Assembly: GCF_006345805.1 (NCBI RefSeq)
Contig: NW_021836169.1
Location: 2,628-66,627 of the forward strand
DNA: 64,000 bases
Direction: 5' to 3'
DNA from: Octopus sinensis
Lineage: Eukaryota
The notes beneath the pieces were generated by a model. It made no database searches and was not told where the DNA came from. It was given only the letters and a program-made list of their open reading frames with translations. The position numbers and the translations under genes are program-made. Positions 12,529 to 26,375 of this stretch are shown here, piece after piece (positions within the stretch are counted from its first letter, which is position 1; the number at the start of each line of letters is the position of its first letter).

Positions 12529-13094
12529 GGAAAGGTCAACAAAACTAAGGTAGGATGAGTGTTGCAGGTCATTTCGAATATTTAATTAGCGTGAGGTGAA
12601 TCTGAAGTAATTAATCAATTACTTAATTAATTAATTAATTATTGGATCTCATATTTGTATGTGTGTGTGTGTGTGTGTGTATGTATGTGTATATATGTGT
12701 GGGTTGGTATGTATGTCTTTGTGTGTCAGTATAGCATGTATATCTGTGTGTGTGTGTCCAAGATGAGAGGAGTGGAGGAGTCTTCTGTATATCTTCATAA
12801 TCCATGTCACATGCCCCCCCCCCCCACACACACACGAGGCAGTGCTCTGCTGGGTCTGCCCTCCCTTTCACTGAAGATCCCAGGTAGACAGAAGGAGGTG
12901 GTACGCTTTGTTGTGGTAACATGACCAGGGTTTGAACCTGTTGGCTGATAAGATGATAGCAGGAGTCTGGGGGCGGGGTGGAGTCGGGGGGCGGGTGATG
13001 GAAACTAGGGAAGATGGTGCGGGTGGGGGGGTGATATTACAAGCAGTAAAATGTATATACATACATATGTGTTTATGTATATATGTATATATAT

Positions 13095-13308
13095 ATATTT
13101 TTTTTTACTTGTTTCTGTCATTTGACTGCGGGCCATGTTGGAGCACCGCCTTTAGTCGAGCAACTCGACCCCGGGATTTATTCTTTGTAAGCCCAGTACT
13201 CATTCTATCGGTCTCTTTTGCTGAACCGCTAAGTAACGGGGACGTAAACACACCAGCATCGGTTGCAAAGCAATGCTAGGGGGACAAACACAGACACACA
13301 AACATATG

Positions 13309-13340
<32 letters not shown>

Positions 13341-13500
13341 CATATATACGGCAGGCTTCTTTCAGTTTCTGTCTACCAAATCCACTCACAAGGCATTGGT
13401 CGGCCCGGGGCTATAGCAGAAGACACTTGCCCAAGATGCCACGCAGTGGGACTGAACCCGGAACCATGTGGTTGGTTAGTAAGCTACTTACCACACTGCC
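13095..13500 (-). mobile_element. SINE family 1
   Basis: Full head-to-tail match in reverse orientation. Confidence 0.9.
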
Positions 13501-13506
13501 ACACAC

Positions 13507-13537
<31 letters not shown>

Positions 13538-13610
13538 ACGTACATATCATCATCATCATCATCATCATTTAGCGTCCGCTTTCCATGCTAGCATGGGTTG
13601 GATGCTTCAA

Positions 13611-13958
13611 TGAGAGTAGAGAGGGAAGTGCTGTCCGATAGCAAGTTTACTGAAAGGTGGATAAATGTTGCAAGAATGTCCAGTATGAAAGGACCCATTC
13701 CAAGGATAGACCTGTAAGAAAAAGGTATTACAAAAGGAGAAAGGGGCTCTCTACCCCCACTTTTGACCAGGCTCCCGTTGGCTTTTATGGGTTTTTCCAC
13801 CAGGAACCTTTCGAAGTGCCTCCCCCTATTGGGAGTTTTTCATTGTTGATGAGGCCTTGACCAAAGAGGAAAGAGTCTGACTTTAGCCCTTTCAAACGGG
13901 TCCACCATACAACCTCTTTCGCCACAGCCACTAGGCACAAGAAAATTTCCTTGCCCTA
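13611..13958 (+). mobile_element. L1/Tx1-like LINE 3' fragment followed by an inverted upstream segment
   Basis: 13611-13847 matches about 44345-44590 forward; 13845-13958 matches about 44200-44320 in reverse. Confidence 0.8.
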
Positions 13959-15039
13959 CCGGTTAAACGTGGTCAGTGGGGCAAACGGTTTCGTGGTCCT
14001 GGCAGTACATCACTGCCACCACCACCACCACCAGTGCCCCCACCACTACACCACCACCACTACCACCACCACCACCAACGCCACCACCATTCAGGGACAA
14101 AATATTGAGTCGAGGGTGCATGGAAATGTGCTGGGGGGGAGGAGGGGTTAGGGTGGAGGACCCCCTGGGAGGTGAGAGGTAGTGAAGGGTGGCAGCTGTC
14201 CTAGTTCTTCTGTATAAACCCTTACGCTAACCCCATACCACGACCACCACTACCAACATCATCACCGCCACCACCGCTACATAGTTTTGGACCCAAGGAG
14301 GGGAGGAGGTAGAATTACAGAAAGATACGTACATGTGTGTGTAAGCGTTTGTGTGTGTGTGTGTGTGTGTGTGTAGCCGTTCAAATGCTTATGAGAGTGT
14401 GTATGTGAATGTATATACAAGTGTGGTGTGTGTGTGTGCAAGTGTGTGTGTGAATGTATATTTGAGTGTGTTTCTCTGTATGTGTGTGTGTGTGTGTGCA
14501 AGTGTATGTGTTTGTATTTGTGTGTGTGTGCATGTGAACGTATATGCGAGTGCGTTTCTGTGTGTATGTGTGTTTGCATGTGTGTGCATGAATTTCTGTG
14601 TGTGTGTGTGTGTGTGTGTGTGAGTGATTTAATGTATATGTGTATGGTGTGGCTGTGTGGTAAGTAGCTTGTTTACCAACCACATGGTTCTGGGTTCAGT
14701 CCCACTGTGTAGCACCTTGGGCAAGTGTCTTCTACTATAGCCTCGGGCCAACCAAAGCCTTGTGAGTGGATTTCATAGATGGAAACTGAACGAAGCCCCT
14801 CATATATAACATGCATGTGTGTGTGTATGTATCTGTACATCCTTCTGTCTGTTTGTCCCCTTGCTTTCGTTTGGCAACCGGTGTTGGTGTGTTTACATCC
14901 CCATAGCTTAGCACTTCGAGAAAAAGAGACTGACGGAATTGGTGCTAGGATTAATAAATACATCGTGGGGGTCGTTCAAAGCGGAGCTCCAGCATGGCCA
15001 TGACTGAGACAAATATAAATAAAGGAACATGTAGGGTGT

Positions 15040-15446
15040 AGGAGTGGCTGTGTGGTAAGTAGCTTGCTAACCAACCACGTGGTTCTGGGTTCAGTCCCAC
15101 TGCATGGCATCTTGGGCAAGTGTTTTCTACTATAGCCCCGGGCCGACCAGAGCCTTGGGAGTGGATTTGGTAGACGGAAACTGAAAGAAGCCCGTCGTAT
15201 ATATGTATATATATATATGTGTGTGTGTGTTTGTGTGTATATGTTTGTCCCCTAGCATTGCTTGACAACCGATGCTGGTGTGTTTACGTCCCCATCACTT
15301 AGCGGTTCGGCAAAAGGGAACGATAGAATAAGTACTGGGCTTACAAAAGAATAAGTCCCGGGGGGGGTCGATTTGGTCGACTAAAAGGCGGTGCTCCAGC
15401 ATGGCCGCAGTCAAAATGACTGAAACAAGTAAAAGAGTAAAAGAGT
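15040..15446 (+). mobile_element. SINE family 1, full length
   Basis: A-box TGGCTGTGTGG, B-box GGTTCAGTCCC, tail AAGTAAAAGAGTAAAAGAG. Confidence 0.92.
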
Positions 15447-15732
15447 TTGTATGTGTCTGTAGGATTCCCTTAATCTTTTCATGAGAGAGGGAAGGGTGGG
15501 GTACCGCACCTGACCCTTAACAGGGGTTCCACAGGGATGTGGGGGGGGGGCAGAGGGAGAGAGGAGAAGGGAGATAAGGTGGGAAAGAGGAGGAGGGGGA
15601 AGTAGGGCCTCAAAACCAGAAAACTCCCAGCCCTTCCCCTCCACCCCCCCCGACTATCACTCCCCCCCCCGCTCCAAATATTTGCAACTTGGGGGATCCC
15701 TAACTCCCACCCACACAAAGAACACACACACA

Positions 15733-16560
15733 CACCAAGCATACACAGCCACGCACACACACACAAGCATACACAGCCACGCACACACACACACACACAC
15801 ACACACAAGCATACACAGCCACGCACGCACACACACACACACACACACAAGCATACACAGCCACGCACGCACACACACACACACACACACAAGCATGCAC
15901 AGCCACGCACACACACACAAGCATACACAGCCACGCACACACACACACACACACACACACAAGCATACACAGCCACGCACACACACACAAGCATACACAG
16001 CCACGCACGCACACCACACACCACACACAAGCATACACAGCCACGCACACACACACAAGCATACACAGCCACGCACGCACACACACACACACACACACAG
16101 CATACACAGCCACGCACACACAACCAAGCATACACAGCCACGCATGCACACACACACACACACACACCAGCATACACAGCCACGCACACACACACACACA
16201 CCACAAGCATACACAGCCACGCACTCACACACACACACACACACACACAGCATACACAGCCACGCACGCACACACACACCACACACACAAGCATACACAG
16301 CCACGCACACACACACAATCATACACACCACGCACGCCACACACACACACACACACAAGCATACACAGCCACGCACGCACACACACACACACACACACAA
16401 GCATACACAGCCACGCACACACACACAAGCATACACAGCCACTCACGCACACACACACACACACACACAAGCATACACAGCCACGCACGCACACCCACCA
16501 CACCACACACAAGCATACACAGCCACGCACGCACACACACACACACACAATCATACATAC
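15733..16560. repeat. Minisatellite: core AAGCATACACAGCCACGCA plus variable (CA)n, roughly 25 copies
   Basis: Directly visible. Confidence 0.9.
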
Positions 16561-18174
16561 ACAATCATACACACACACACGCACACACACACACACACAC
16601 CCGTCTATACCAAAGGGCCGCAGGTGCTGGTGTTAGAATGGGACCGAGAAGGTGAGGTGGATAAGTCTACCACCCACAAAGTCCGGGGAGGGGGACTTAA
16701 AGCCAGAACGTAAGGAACGGGATCAAACAACCACAAGGTACCTGGTCCCACGTTCTTTAAGGTCCACCATCTTGGATGTTGGTGGATCTCTTCTCTTCTC
16801 ATTTCTGGCATTGAACTGTGTGGCCATGCTGGGGCACCACCTTGAAGGGTTTTCTTGAACAAATCGACCCCAGGACCCTTTTCTTAAGCAGTGGTAGGGG
16901 ACAAACACACACTCCACACACACACACATCTTTTCTCTCCTCCTTGCTTTAGTCGTAAGAGTGTGGTCATGCTGGGGCACCACCTTAGAGATGTTGGTCA
17001 AACGAACTGACCCCAGGACTTTTTTTTTAAAGCCTCTCCCTTATTCTGTTGGTTTCATTTGCCAAACTGCTAAGTTAGTTATAGGGATGCAAACAAACCA
17101 ACATCTGTTGTCAAGTAGTGGGGAGGGAACAAATGCACACACACACACACACTTACACACATACTCACATACACACATACACATACACACACACTAACAC
17201 AGACACACGCTCACACACAGTCACTCACACACATACAAACACACACATCCATACACACACAAATACACATGCATACACACGCACACACATACACACCTAT
17301 AAACACATACACACACACAAACATACACACGTGCGCACACAAACACTCATACACATTTACACCACACACACACACACACACACATACATGCTCACACACA
17401 TACACACACTCACACATTCACACACACACACACACACATCATGTAATTTGCACTATATTGGTTAGGATTAATGATTATTGTAGATGTTATTTTTATTTAG
17501 CCCTAGGTCAGTCTTAATCCACCAGATCCACAATCAAAACCATTTCAGCTGCAACTAGTATGGTGATGTTAATAAATCAATACATATATATATATGACGG
17601 GCTTCTTTCAGTTTCCGTCTACCAAATCCACTCACAAGGCTTTTGTTGGCCCGAGGCTATAGTAGAAGACACTTGCCCAAGGTGACACGCAGTGGGACTG
17701 AACCCAGAACCATGTGGTTGGTAAACAAGCTACTTACCACACAGCCACTCCTATGCCTATATATATATATGATGGGCTTCTTTCAGTTTCCGTCTACCAA
17801 ATCCACTCACAAGGCTTTGGTCAGCCCAAGGCTATAGCAGAAGACACTTGCCCAAGGTGCCACGCAGTGGGACTGAACCCGGAACCATGTGGTTGGTAAA
17901 CAAGCTTCTTATTCATGTGAACCCGGAACCATGTGGTTCATAGCAAACTTCTTTACCATACAGCCACGCCAATTTCTCCTTTCCTTTTTTTATTTGTTTC
18001 AGTCATTTGACTGTGCCATGCTGGAGCACACAGCCTTAGTCAAAAAAATTAGCCCCTGGACTATTCCTTGTAAGCCCAGTACTTATATATAGGTCAAACA
18101 CAGACACATACATATATACATACATATCTATATATATATATGTATATATATATATATTATATATATATATAATA

Positions 18175-18218
<44 letters not shown>

Positions 18219-18219
18219 A

Positions 18220-18540
18220 TATCATCATCATCATTGTTTAATGTCCGCTTTCCATGTTGGCATGGGTTGGACGATTTTGACTGAGGGCTGGGGAACCAGA
18301 TGGCTGCACCAGATGGCTGCACCAGGATCCAATCTTGGCAGAGTTTCTACAGCTGGACGCCCTTCCTAACGCCAACCACTCCATGAGTGTAGTGGGTGCT
18401 TTTACATGCCGCTGGCACGAGGGCCAGTCAGGCAGTGCTGGCAATGGCCACACTCAAGTGGTGTTTTTTACGTGCCACCAGCACGGAAGCCAGTCAGCTG
18501 CTCTGGCAACGATCACGCTCGGATGGTGCTCTTAGTGCTA
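18220..18540 (-). mobile_element. RTE-type LINE 3' end / derived element with (GAT)n tail (one of about 18 copies)
   Basis: (CAT)n then TTTAATGTCCGCTTTCCATG...CTGGA(T/C)GCCCTTCCTAACGCCAACC; other copies at 21475, 25930, 27395, 28325, 30340, 43800, 46795, 48020, 51865, 54010, 55975, 59995. Confidence 0.75.
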
Positions 18541-18691
18541 TATATATATATATATACAACAAGCTTCTTTCAGTTTCCATCTACCAAATCTACTCACAAG
18601 GCTTTGGTCGGCCCAAGGCTATAGCAGAAGACATTTGCCCAAGGTGCCATGCAGTGGGACTGAACCCGGAACCATGTGGTTGGTAAACAAG

Positions 18692-18925
18692 CTTCTTATT
18701 TCATTATTGCCTACAAGGGGCTAAACATAGAGGGGACAAACAAGGACAGACATAGGTATTAAGTCGATGACATCGACCCCAGTGCATCACTGGTACTTAA
18801 TTTATTGACCCCGAAAGGATGAAAGGCAAAGTCGACCTCAGCAGAATTTGAACTCAGAACGTAATGGCAGACGAAATACAGCTACGCATTTCGCCCGGCG
18901 CGCTAACGGTTCTGCTAGCTCGCCG
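18692..18925 (-). mobile_element. SINE family 3 (tRNA head, Meta-like central domain, Tx1-like tail)
   Basis: Reverse of GGCGAGCTAGCAGAACCGTTAGC...GGTCGACTTTGCCTTTCATCCTTTCGGGGTC...TAATGAAATA. Confidence 0.8.
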
Positions 18926-19611
18926 CCTAAAGCTTCTTACCTCAGAGCCACACCTGCACTAATTTATTTATTTATTGTGATCGTAAAAACGGGGTGTGGG
19001 GGGGTCATAAGTCGAGGAGAAGGTGTATATACCATCATGGAAACCCAGGGTGGGGGGGGAAACCAGCCCTTAGGAGTCAGCATCGCTCAAGAAGGTGACC
19101 TTACTTTACCTTCACCTAAAGTCACAATCGTCCTTCCATATTGAAATCAAAGAGAAATTTTGATAAGCTGAAGGGTCACCCAACCCCTCAACAGTTTAGC
19201 AACCAAAGATGCTAAACATGAATCAGGGCTCCGTACTCAACGGTGGTGTCAGGTTTGACATTTCACTGTTTATTTCAACAACACCTTCTCCTAAACCCCC
19301 ACTAAACCCACCTTTGTTATATTGCTTTACTCTCTCTCTCTCTCTCTCCCACCTCACCCCAGTTACCTGCCCTTTACTTTGTTTAAATGCGGGGCGGGGT
19401 GGGGCCCTCTTACCCCCATGTCCTCCTTACTTGCACATAGATACATAAACTTTCTGAACCTGACAACACAGTCATCAACAGTAATACAGGTATTACAAAC
19501 AAATACACACACACACGCACATACACATACAGATGCATGCATACATGTACACGCGCACACATATACATATATATACAAGCATTCCTCAAAGGATTATAGG
19601 TCTTTGACACA

Positions 19612-20013
19612 ACTGGCTGTGTGGTAAGTAGCTTGCTAACCAACCACATGGTTCCGGGTTCAGTCCCACTACGTGGCACCTTGGGCAAGTGTCTTCTACT
19701 ATAGCCTCGGGCCGGCCAAAGCCTTGTGAGTGGATTTGGTAGACAGAAACTGAAAAAAAGCCCGTCGTATATACGTATATATATATATGTATGTGTGTGT
19801 TTGTGTGTCTGTGTTTGTCTCCCTAGCATTGCTTGACAACCGATGCTGGTGTGTTTACGTCCCCGTCACTTAGCGGTCCGGCAAAAGAGACCGATAGAAT
19901 AAGTACTGGGCTTACAAAAGAATAAGTCCCGGGGTCGAGTTGCTCGATTAAAGGCGATGCTCCAGCATGGCCGCAGTCAAATGACTGAAACAAGTAAAAG
20001 AGTAAAAAAGAGT
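19612..20013 (+). mobile_element. SINE family 1, full length, abutting a family-2b fragment (20016-20215)
   Basis: Consensus match. Confidence 0.9.
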
Positions 20014-20414
20014 ATAGCTCCACTAGCTCCGATAGGGGATGGTGGCAATCCCTGCTGTACTCTTTCTCTACAACTTTCTCTCACTCTTTCTTCTGTTGGC
20101 CTGCTCGCTTAGCCAGCGGGGTGGCATCATTTGAAGGCTAAACCAACGCGAAGTGCATTGTGACCAGCGATGTGTAGCAACATCTGATAGCCTGGTTGGT
20201 CACGGTGGTCACCACTATAATCATTTCTTAAATATAGCCACGAAATACGTGTCATTATTCTACAATTTATATACGTTATTATTATTATTTTTTGCAATTT
20301 ACTTAATCATTGGTATTTTATTGTTATTTTTATGTTAATATTTCTATTATGTGTAATTTTCTAGATGGAATAATTTAATTGTTTATTTTGAATTGATTAA
20401 AGGTGGTTTTTTTC

Positions 20415-20474
<60 letters not shown>

Positions 20475-21948
20475 ACTTTGTGTGGTAAGTAGCTTGCTAA
20501 CCAACCACATGGTTCCGGGTTCAGTCCCACTGCGTGGCACCTTGGGCAAGTGTCTTCTACTATAGCCTCAGGCCGACCAAAGCCTTGTGAGTGAATTTGG
20601 TAGACGGAAACTGAAAGAAGCCCGTCGTATATATGTATATATATATGTGTATGTGTGTGTGTTTGTGTGTCTGTGTTTGTCCCCCCTAATATCGCTTGAC
20701 ACACGATGCTGGTATGTTTATGTCCCCGTCACTTAGCGGTTCGGCAAAACAGACCGATAGAATAAGTACTAGGCTTACAAAGAATAAGTGCCGGGGTAGA
20801 GTTGCTCGACTAAAAGGCGGTGCTCCAGCATGGCCGCAGTCAAATGACTGAAACGAGTAAAAGAGTAACTACTTTAGAGACGAACCACCATTCCACAACT
20901 CAGTCAATGAAGAACCCATCCAAAGCCATCCTGTGGGACATATATCATACAAAATACTAATCTAAAATTTTAATAATCTATAATATTGAACAGTAAGATT
21001 ATTACAACCATATAGCAAATACTTTAAAATCACAGCAAATACCATACAAATAAAATCCATTATAAAAATATTAAACTAAAATCAAATAAAGTATATATTG
21101 AACAATAAAAATTAATACAATAATGTATAAAAGTAAGTATTTATACATCGACTACGCATGTTTCATGGCTGAATTAGGACTATATAAAATCATATAACAA
21201 AACCATCTCCAAGTTCATTAGAATGGAAAAATGATTTTACTCCTCAAAAGCAGTCACTCCTCAGGTCAAATTCCTAAAAATACTAAAAACTAAAAGTTTA
21301 ACTTTTGATAAAGTTTAACCTCGTAATATGATAAGGAATAAAAAAAAAATAAGGAATAAAAAATATATATATATTTATATAAAGAAATAAAACCGGTTGT
21401 GTAATCACTAAGTTAAAAATATTAATATTATTAAAAGTTACAAACTAAAAAATTCAAATCGAGTATTATTGTCATCATCATCATCATTTAACATCCGTTT
21501 CCCATGCTAGCATGGGTTGGACAGTTTTGACTTGAGGGCAGGCGAACCAGATGGCTGCACCAGGCTCCAGTCTTGATTTGGCAGAGTTTCTACAGCTGGA
21601 TGCCCTTCCTAACGCCAACCGCTCTGAGAGTGTAGTCGGTGCTTTTACGTGCCACTGGCACGGGGGCCAGTCAGGCGGTACTGGCAATGACCTTGCTTGA
21701 ATTTTTTACACATGCCACTGGCACGGGGGCCAGTGTAGTGACGTTGGTAACGATCACGCTCGAATGGTGCCCTTTTATGTGCCACGGGTATGGAAGCCAA
21801 TTGGCTGCTCTGGCAACGATCACGCTCGGATGGTGCTCTTTGCACCCCGCTAGCATGGATGCCATCATTGAAATGATTTTGATTTTGATTGTGAACATAA
21901 TTAATTCATTACGGAGATAGTAAATATGTCTTTTATTAACTTTATAAA

Positions 21949-22490
21949 CTAACACAAAATTTGAATTGTTTCCAACGGAATTTTTGTCCATTCTTCTGCT
22001 AAAACAGTCTCCAGTTCTTGTTGTGATGATGGTGGAGGATATCGACTCTTTACTTGGTTTTCTAAAATGCACCATAAATGTTCAATAATATTGAGATCTA
22101 TGAACTGTGGTAGCCAGATAAGATGTTCAACTTCACTAGAATGTTCCTCGTGCCCTTCGGTAAAAACTTTAGCTGTGTGAATTGGTGCATTATCCTCCTG
22201 AAAGATTGCATTTCCCTCCAGAAACAGTTCTGCAACCATAGGATGAATTTGATCAGATAAGATGCTTAAATAGTCTTGACTATTAATTCTGCCATGAAGG
22301 GAAACCATTGGGCTGGCGGATTTCCAAGATATACACCCCACCCGCCCACCAGATCATCACAAATCCTCCTCCATGTTTAACAGTTGTAAGAAGGCAGTCT
22401 GGGTCAAATGCTTCTTTTGGCTGTCTCCACAGGTATACTCGGCCGGTGGTCGGAAATAAGGTAAAGGATGACTTGTCCGAATAACATTCT
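21949..22490 (-). pseudogene. Tc1-like transposase remnant, copy 1
   Basis: GCISW...GRINSQDYLSIL...IFQEDNAPIHTAK...WLPQFIDLNIIEHLW. Confidence 0.88.
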
Positions 22491-22675
22491 TATTTCTTTA
22501 TTGCCCACTAGGGGCTAAACATAGAGAGGACAAACAAGGACAGACAAATGGATCAAGTCGATTACATCGATCCCCAATGCGTAACTGGTACTTAATTTAT
22601 CGACCCCGAAAGGATGAAAGGCAAAGTTAACCTCGGCAGAACTTGAACTCAGAACGTAATGGCAGACAAAATACC
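22491..22675 (-). mobile_element. SINE family 3, 5'-truncated
   Basis: Tail TATTTCTTTATTGCCCAC at 22491; matches 39522-39712 in reverse. Confidence 0.85.
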
Positions 22676-22709
22676 GTTACGTTCTGAGTTCAAATTGTTC
22701 CTCAAGCCA

Positions 22710-23140
22710 TTCGGTGACAAATTTAGCTGTGTGAATTGGTGCATTATCACCCTGAAAGATTATGTTTCCCTCCAGAAACAGTTCCGCAACCATAGAATGA
22801 ATTTAATCAGATAAAATGCTTAAATAGTCTTGACTATTAATTCTACCATGAAGGGAAACCATTGGGCCGGCAGATTTCCAAGATATAGCCCCCACTCCTC
22901 AGATCATTACAGATCCTCCTCCATGTTTAACAGTTGGAAGAAGGCAGTCTGGGTCAAATGCTTCTTTTGGCTGTCTCCACACATATACTCGGCCAGTGGT
23001 TGGAAATAAAGTAAAGGATGACTTGTCCAAGAAAATAACATTCTTCCACAGCTCTAGGGACCAATTCTGTAGGTTTTCACTCCACTCTAAATGCTTTGAA
23101 AAGTTTGCTTTTAAAAGGGGTGGTTTCAGTCGAATGAAGT
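22710..23140 (-). pseudogene. Tc1-like transposase remnant, copy 2
   Basis: WKNVIFLDKSSFTLFPTTGRVYVWRQPKEAFDPDCLLPTVKHGGGSVMI; overlaps copy 1 over about 330 bp. Confidence 0.88.
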
Positions 23141-23568
23141 GACCCCAGGACTTTTTCTCTCTTTGAAGCATGGTATTCGGTCTATTAGTGTCTTTTGCCA
23201 AACCACTAAGTTACAGGGACATAAACATACCAACACCGGTTCTCAAGTGGTGGTGGTGGTGGTGGCAGACAAAGACACACACATATACACACACATTCAC
23301 ACATGCATATATATATATATATATATACAATGGGCTTCTTTCAGTTTCCTTTTACCAAATCCACTTACAAGGCTTTAGTTGGCCCGAGGCTATGGTAAAA
23401 GGTATTTACCCACCCAAGGTGTCATGCAGTGGGACTGAACCCGGAACCATGTGATTGGAAGCTGTTGGATTTCCATACATGTATCTATGTGTTACACCTC
23501 TCTCTCTTTCTCTTTCTCTCTTTCTCTAACCATTATCTGTCTGACTGTCTCTCTATCTATCTATCTAT

Positions 23569-24148
23569 ATGGCGAAAGAATGTATCTGGTGGACGCGTCT
23601 GAAAGGATTAGAGACAAACACTTTCCTCTCTGGTCAATCTCTCATCAACTTCTTCAAGTATCACTTGAAGAGGAAAGTGAGAGTAGAGAGGCAAGTTTTG
23701 TCTAGTGAATGTTTTAAAAAAAGATGGGTGAATGTAGCAAGAATGGCACGTATGAATGACGAAGCCACCTTGACTATGATTCTATGAACCATAAAAATTA
23801 ATACAGAGAGTTGCTTATTTGCAAAAAAAAAAAAAGAAATATAACATGTGACTTCATTGACCGAAGTTACCGTGGTCTTTTCCGTAGGCTTTTCTTTCCA
23901 CGGGTAAACCTCACCTGTCCTCCCCTTTACACTTCATATTGACATTTCTGTGATTACGATCCCTATTGATCAACTTTTTTCCCTCTCCTCCCCTTTTTTT
24001 TAAATCCTCCCCTTTTTTTGTCCTCTTTCTTTCCTTTTACGATCCCTTTTGATCGAAAACCAACCCCCCTTTTTTTACCCCCAAAAAGAAAAGCTCTACC
24101 TTGTAATTTGTCCTGTCTGTGTGCAGCCCTGTGTGGCTAATAAAGAAA
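23569..24148 (+). mobile_element. L1/Tx1-like LINE 3' end (ORF2 C-terminus + 3'UTR) embedded in (TATC)n
   Basis: AKECIWWTRLKG...LINFFKYHLKRKVRVERQVL...KRWVNVAR; ends AGCCCTGTGTGGCTAATAAAGAAA. Confidence 0.75.
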
Positions 24149-24180
24149 CATATCTGTCTATCTATCTATCTATCTCTCTC

Positions 24181-24236
<56 letters not shown>

Positions 24237-24237
24237 C

Positions 24238-24281
<44 letters not shown>

Positions 24282-24306
24282 GTCTATCTATCTATCTATC
24301 TATCTA

Positions 24307-24355
<49 letters not shown>

Positions 24356-24381
24356 GTATCTGTCTGTCTGTCTTTCTTTCT

Positions 24382-24748
24382 ATGGGTGAATGTAGCAAGG
24401 ATGGCACGTATGAATGACGAAGCCACCTTGAACATAATCCTATGAACCCGGAAAAATTTAAAACAGAGATTTACTTACTTGCAAATAAATGTGTTAACAT
24501 GTGACATTATTGACCGAGGTTACCGTGGTCTTTTCCGTAGGCTTTTCTTTCCACAGATAAACCTTATCTGTTTCCCCCTTTACACTTTACATCGTGACAT
24601 TTCTGTGATACACGATCCCTATTGATCGTTTTTTTTTATGATCCCTTTTAATCGAAAACCTACCCCCACATTTTTTCTCCCCAAAAAGAAAAGCTCTACT
24701 TTGTAATCTGTCCCGTCTGTATTCAGCCCAGTGTGGCCAATAAAGAAA
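24382..24748 (+). mobile_element. Second, shorter copy of the same Tx1-like 3' end in the same microsatellite
   Basis: Homologous to 23725-24148; flanked by TCTG/TATC repeats. Confidence 0.75.
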
Positions 24749-24764
24749 CTTATCTATCTATCTA

Positions 24765-24846
<82 letters not shown>

Positions 24847-24922
24847 CGTCCGTCCGTCTGTCTGTCTGTCTATCCATCCATCCATCTCTCTCTCTCTCTC
24901 TATCTATCTATCTCTCTATCTG

Positions 24923-24961
<39 letters not shown>

Positions 24962-24964
24962 CTG

Positions 24965-25023
<59 letters not shown>

Positions 25024-25042
25024 GCATCTGTCTGTCTGTCTA

Positions 25043-25081
<39 letters not shown>

Positions 25082-25197
25082 ATCTATCTGTCTGTCTGTC
25101 CGTCTATGCCTGTCTGCCTGTCTGTCCTACTCTCTACCACCTACATCCATATATATATATATATACATCATCACCCATGGCTCCATCGTCATCCAGC

Positions 25198-25457
25198 CTA
25201 CCCCACCACCACCTCCTCTTCCTCCACCTCCTCCGCCTCCTCCTCCTCTTCCTCCTCCCCCTCGATCTACGTCAGTGTTGCATGTTGCAGTCAGCATGCA
25301 ACACTACGCTCGCACACAAAGCTGCAATCGGATCAATCAGCCGATCAATCTGTCAAAACAAAGCGGGACGAACAGACAGACACATCATCATCGGAGGAGG
25401 GAGAGAGAGAGAGAGGGAGAGGGGGTGATGCACATAGGAGCATAGCTACACTACGAG
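25198..25457 (+). other. GC-rich unique island, possible exon
   Basis: Three open + frames; possible acceptor CATCCAG| and donor CGA|GTAATA; no homology recognised. Confidence 0.2.
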
Positions 25458-25531
25458 TAATACATACCACCCATCCACACATACATTTATACATATATGT
25501 GTGTGCGTGCATATACATATAAATACGTGTG

Positions 25532-25566
<35 letters not shown>

Positions 25567-25573
25567 GTATATA

Positions 25574-25604
<31 letters not shown>

Positions 25605-25869
25605 GTATATATATGTGTGTGTGTATATATATATGGATGTATAGATATATATATATATATGTATATATATGTATATATATATATATTATATATATATGTA
25701 TAATATATATATGTATATATATGTATATATATGTATATATATGTATATATGTATATATATATATATATGTTATATATATATGTATATGTATATGTATATG
25801 TATATATGTATATAATATATATATATGTATATATATATGTATATATATATTATATAATGTATATATATG

Positions 25870-25934
<65 letters not shown>

Positions 25935-26054
25935 TCATCATCATTTAGCGTCCGTTTTCCATGCTAGCATGGGTTGGACGGGTCACTGGGGTCTGTGAAG
26001 CTGGAAGGCTTCGTCAGGCCCAGTCAGATCTGGCAGTGTTTCTACGGCTGGATG

Positions 26055-26093
<39 letters not shown>

Positions 26094-26344
26094 GTGTGTG
26101 TATGTATGTATTTGTGTGTTTATATGTCTGTGTGTGTATGCGTATAGAAACAGACAGACAGGCACAACAGTAAGAGAGAGAGAGACAGACAGATGTGTGG
26201 GTGTGTGCATGTATGGATACATATATGTATGTATGTGTGCATATCACTACATGGCACCTTGGTCGAGTGTCTTCTGCTATAGCCCCGGGCCGACCAAAGC
26301 CATGTGAGTGGATTTGGTAGATGGAAACTGAAAGAAGCCCATCG

Positions 26345-26375
<31 letters not shown>

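Noticed and set aside
12585-12645. TAAT/TAATTA clusters (also 39135-39175) and GTAAACA sites (about 1567 and 1720) as enhancers
   Set aside because: Short motifs are expected by chance in AT-rich DNA; unsupported without conservation or chromatin data.
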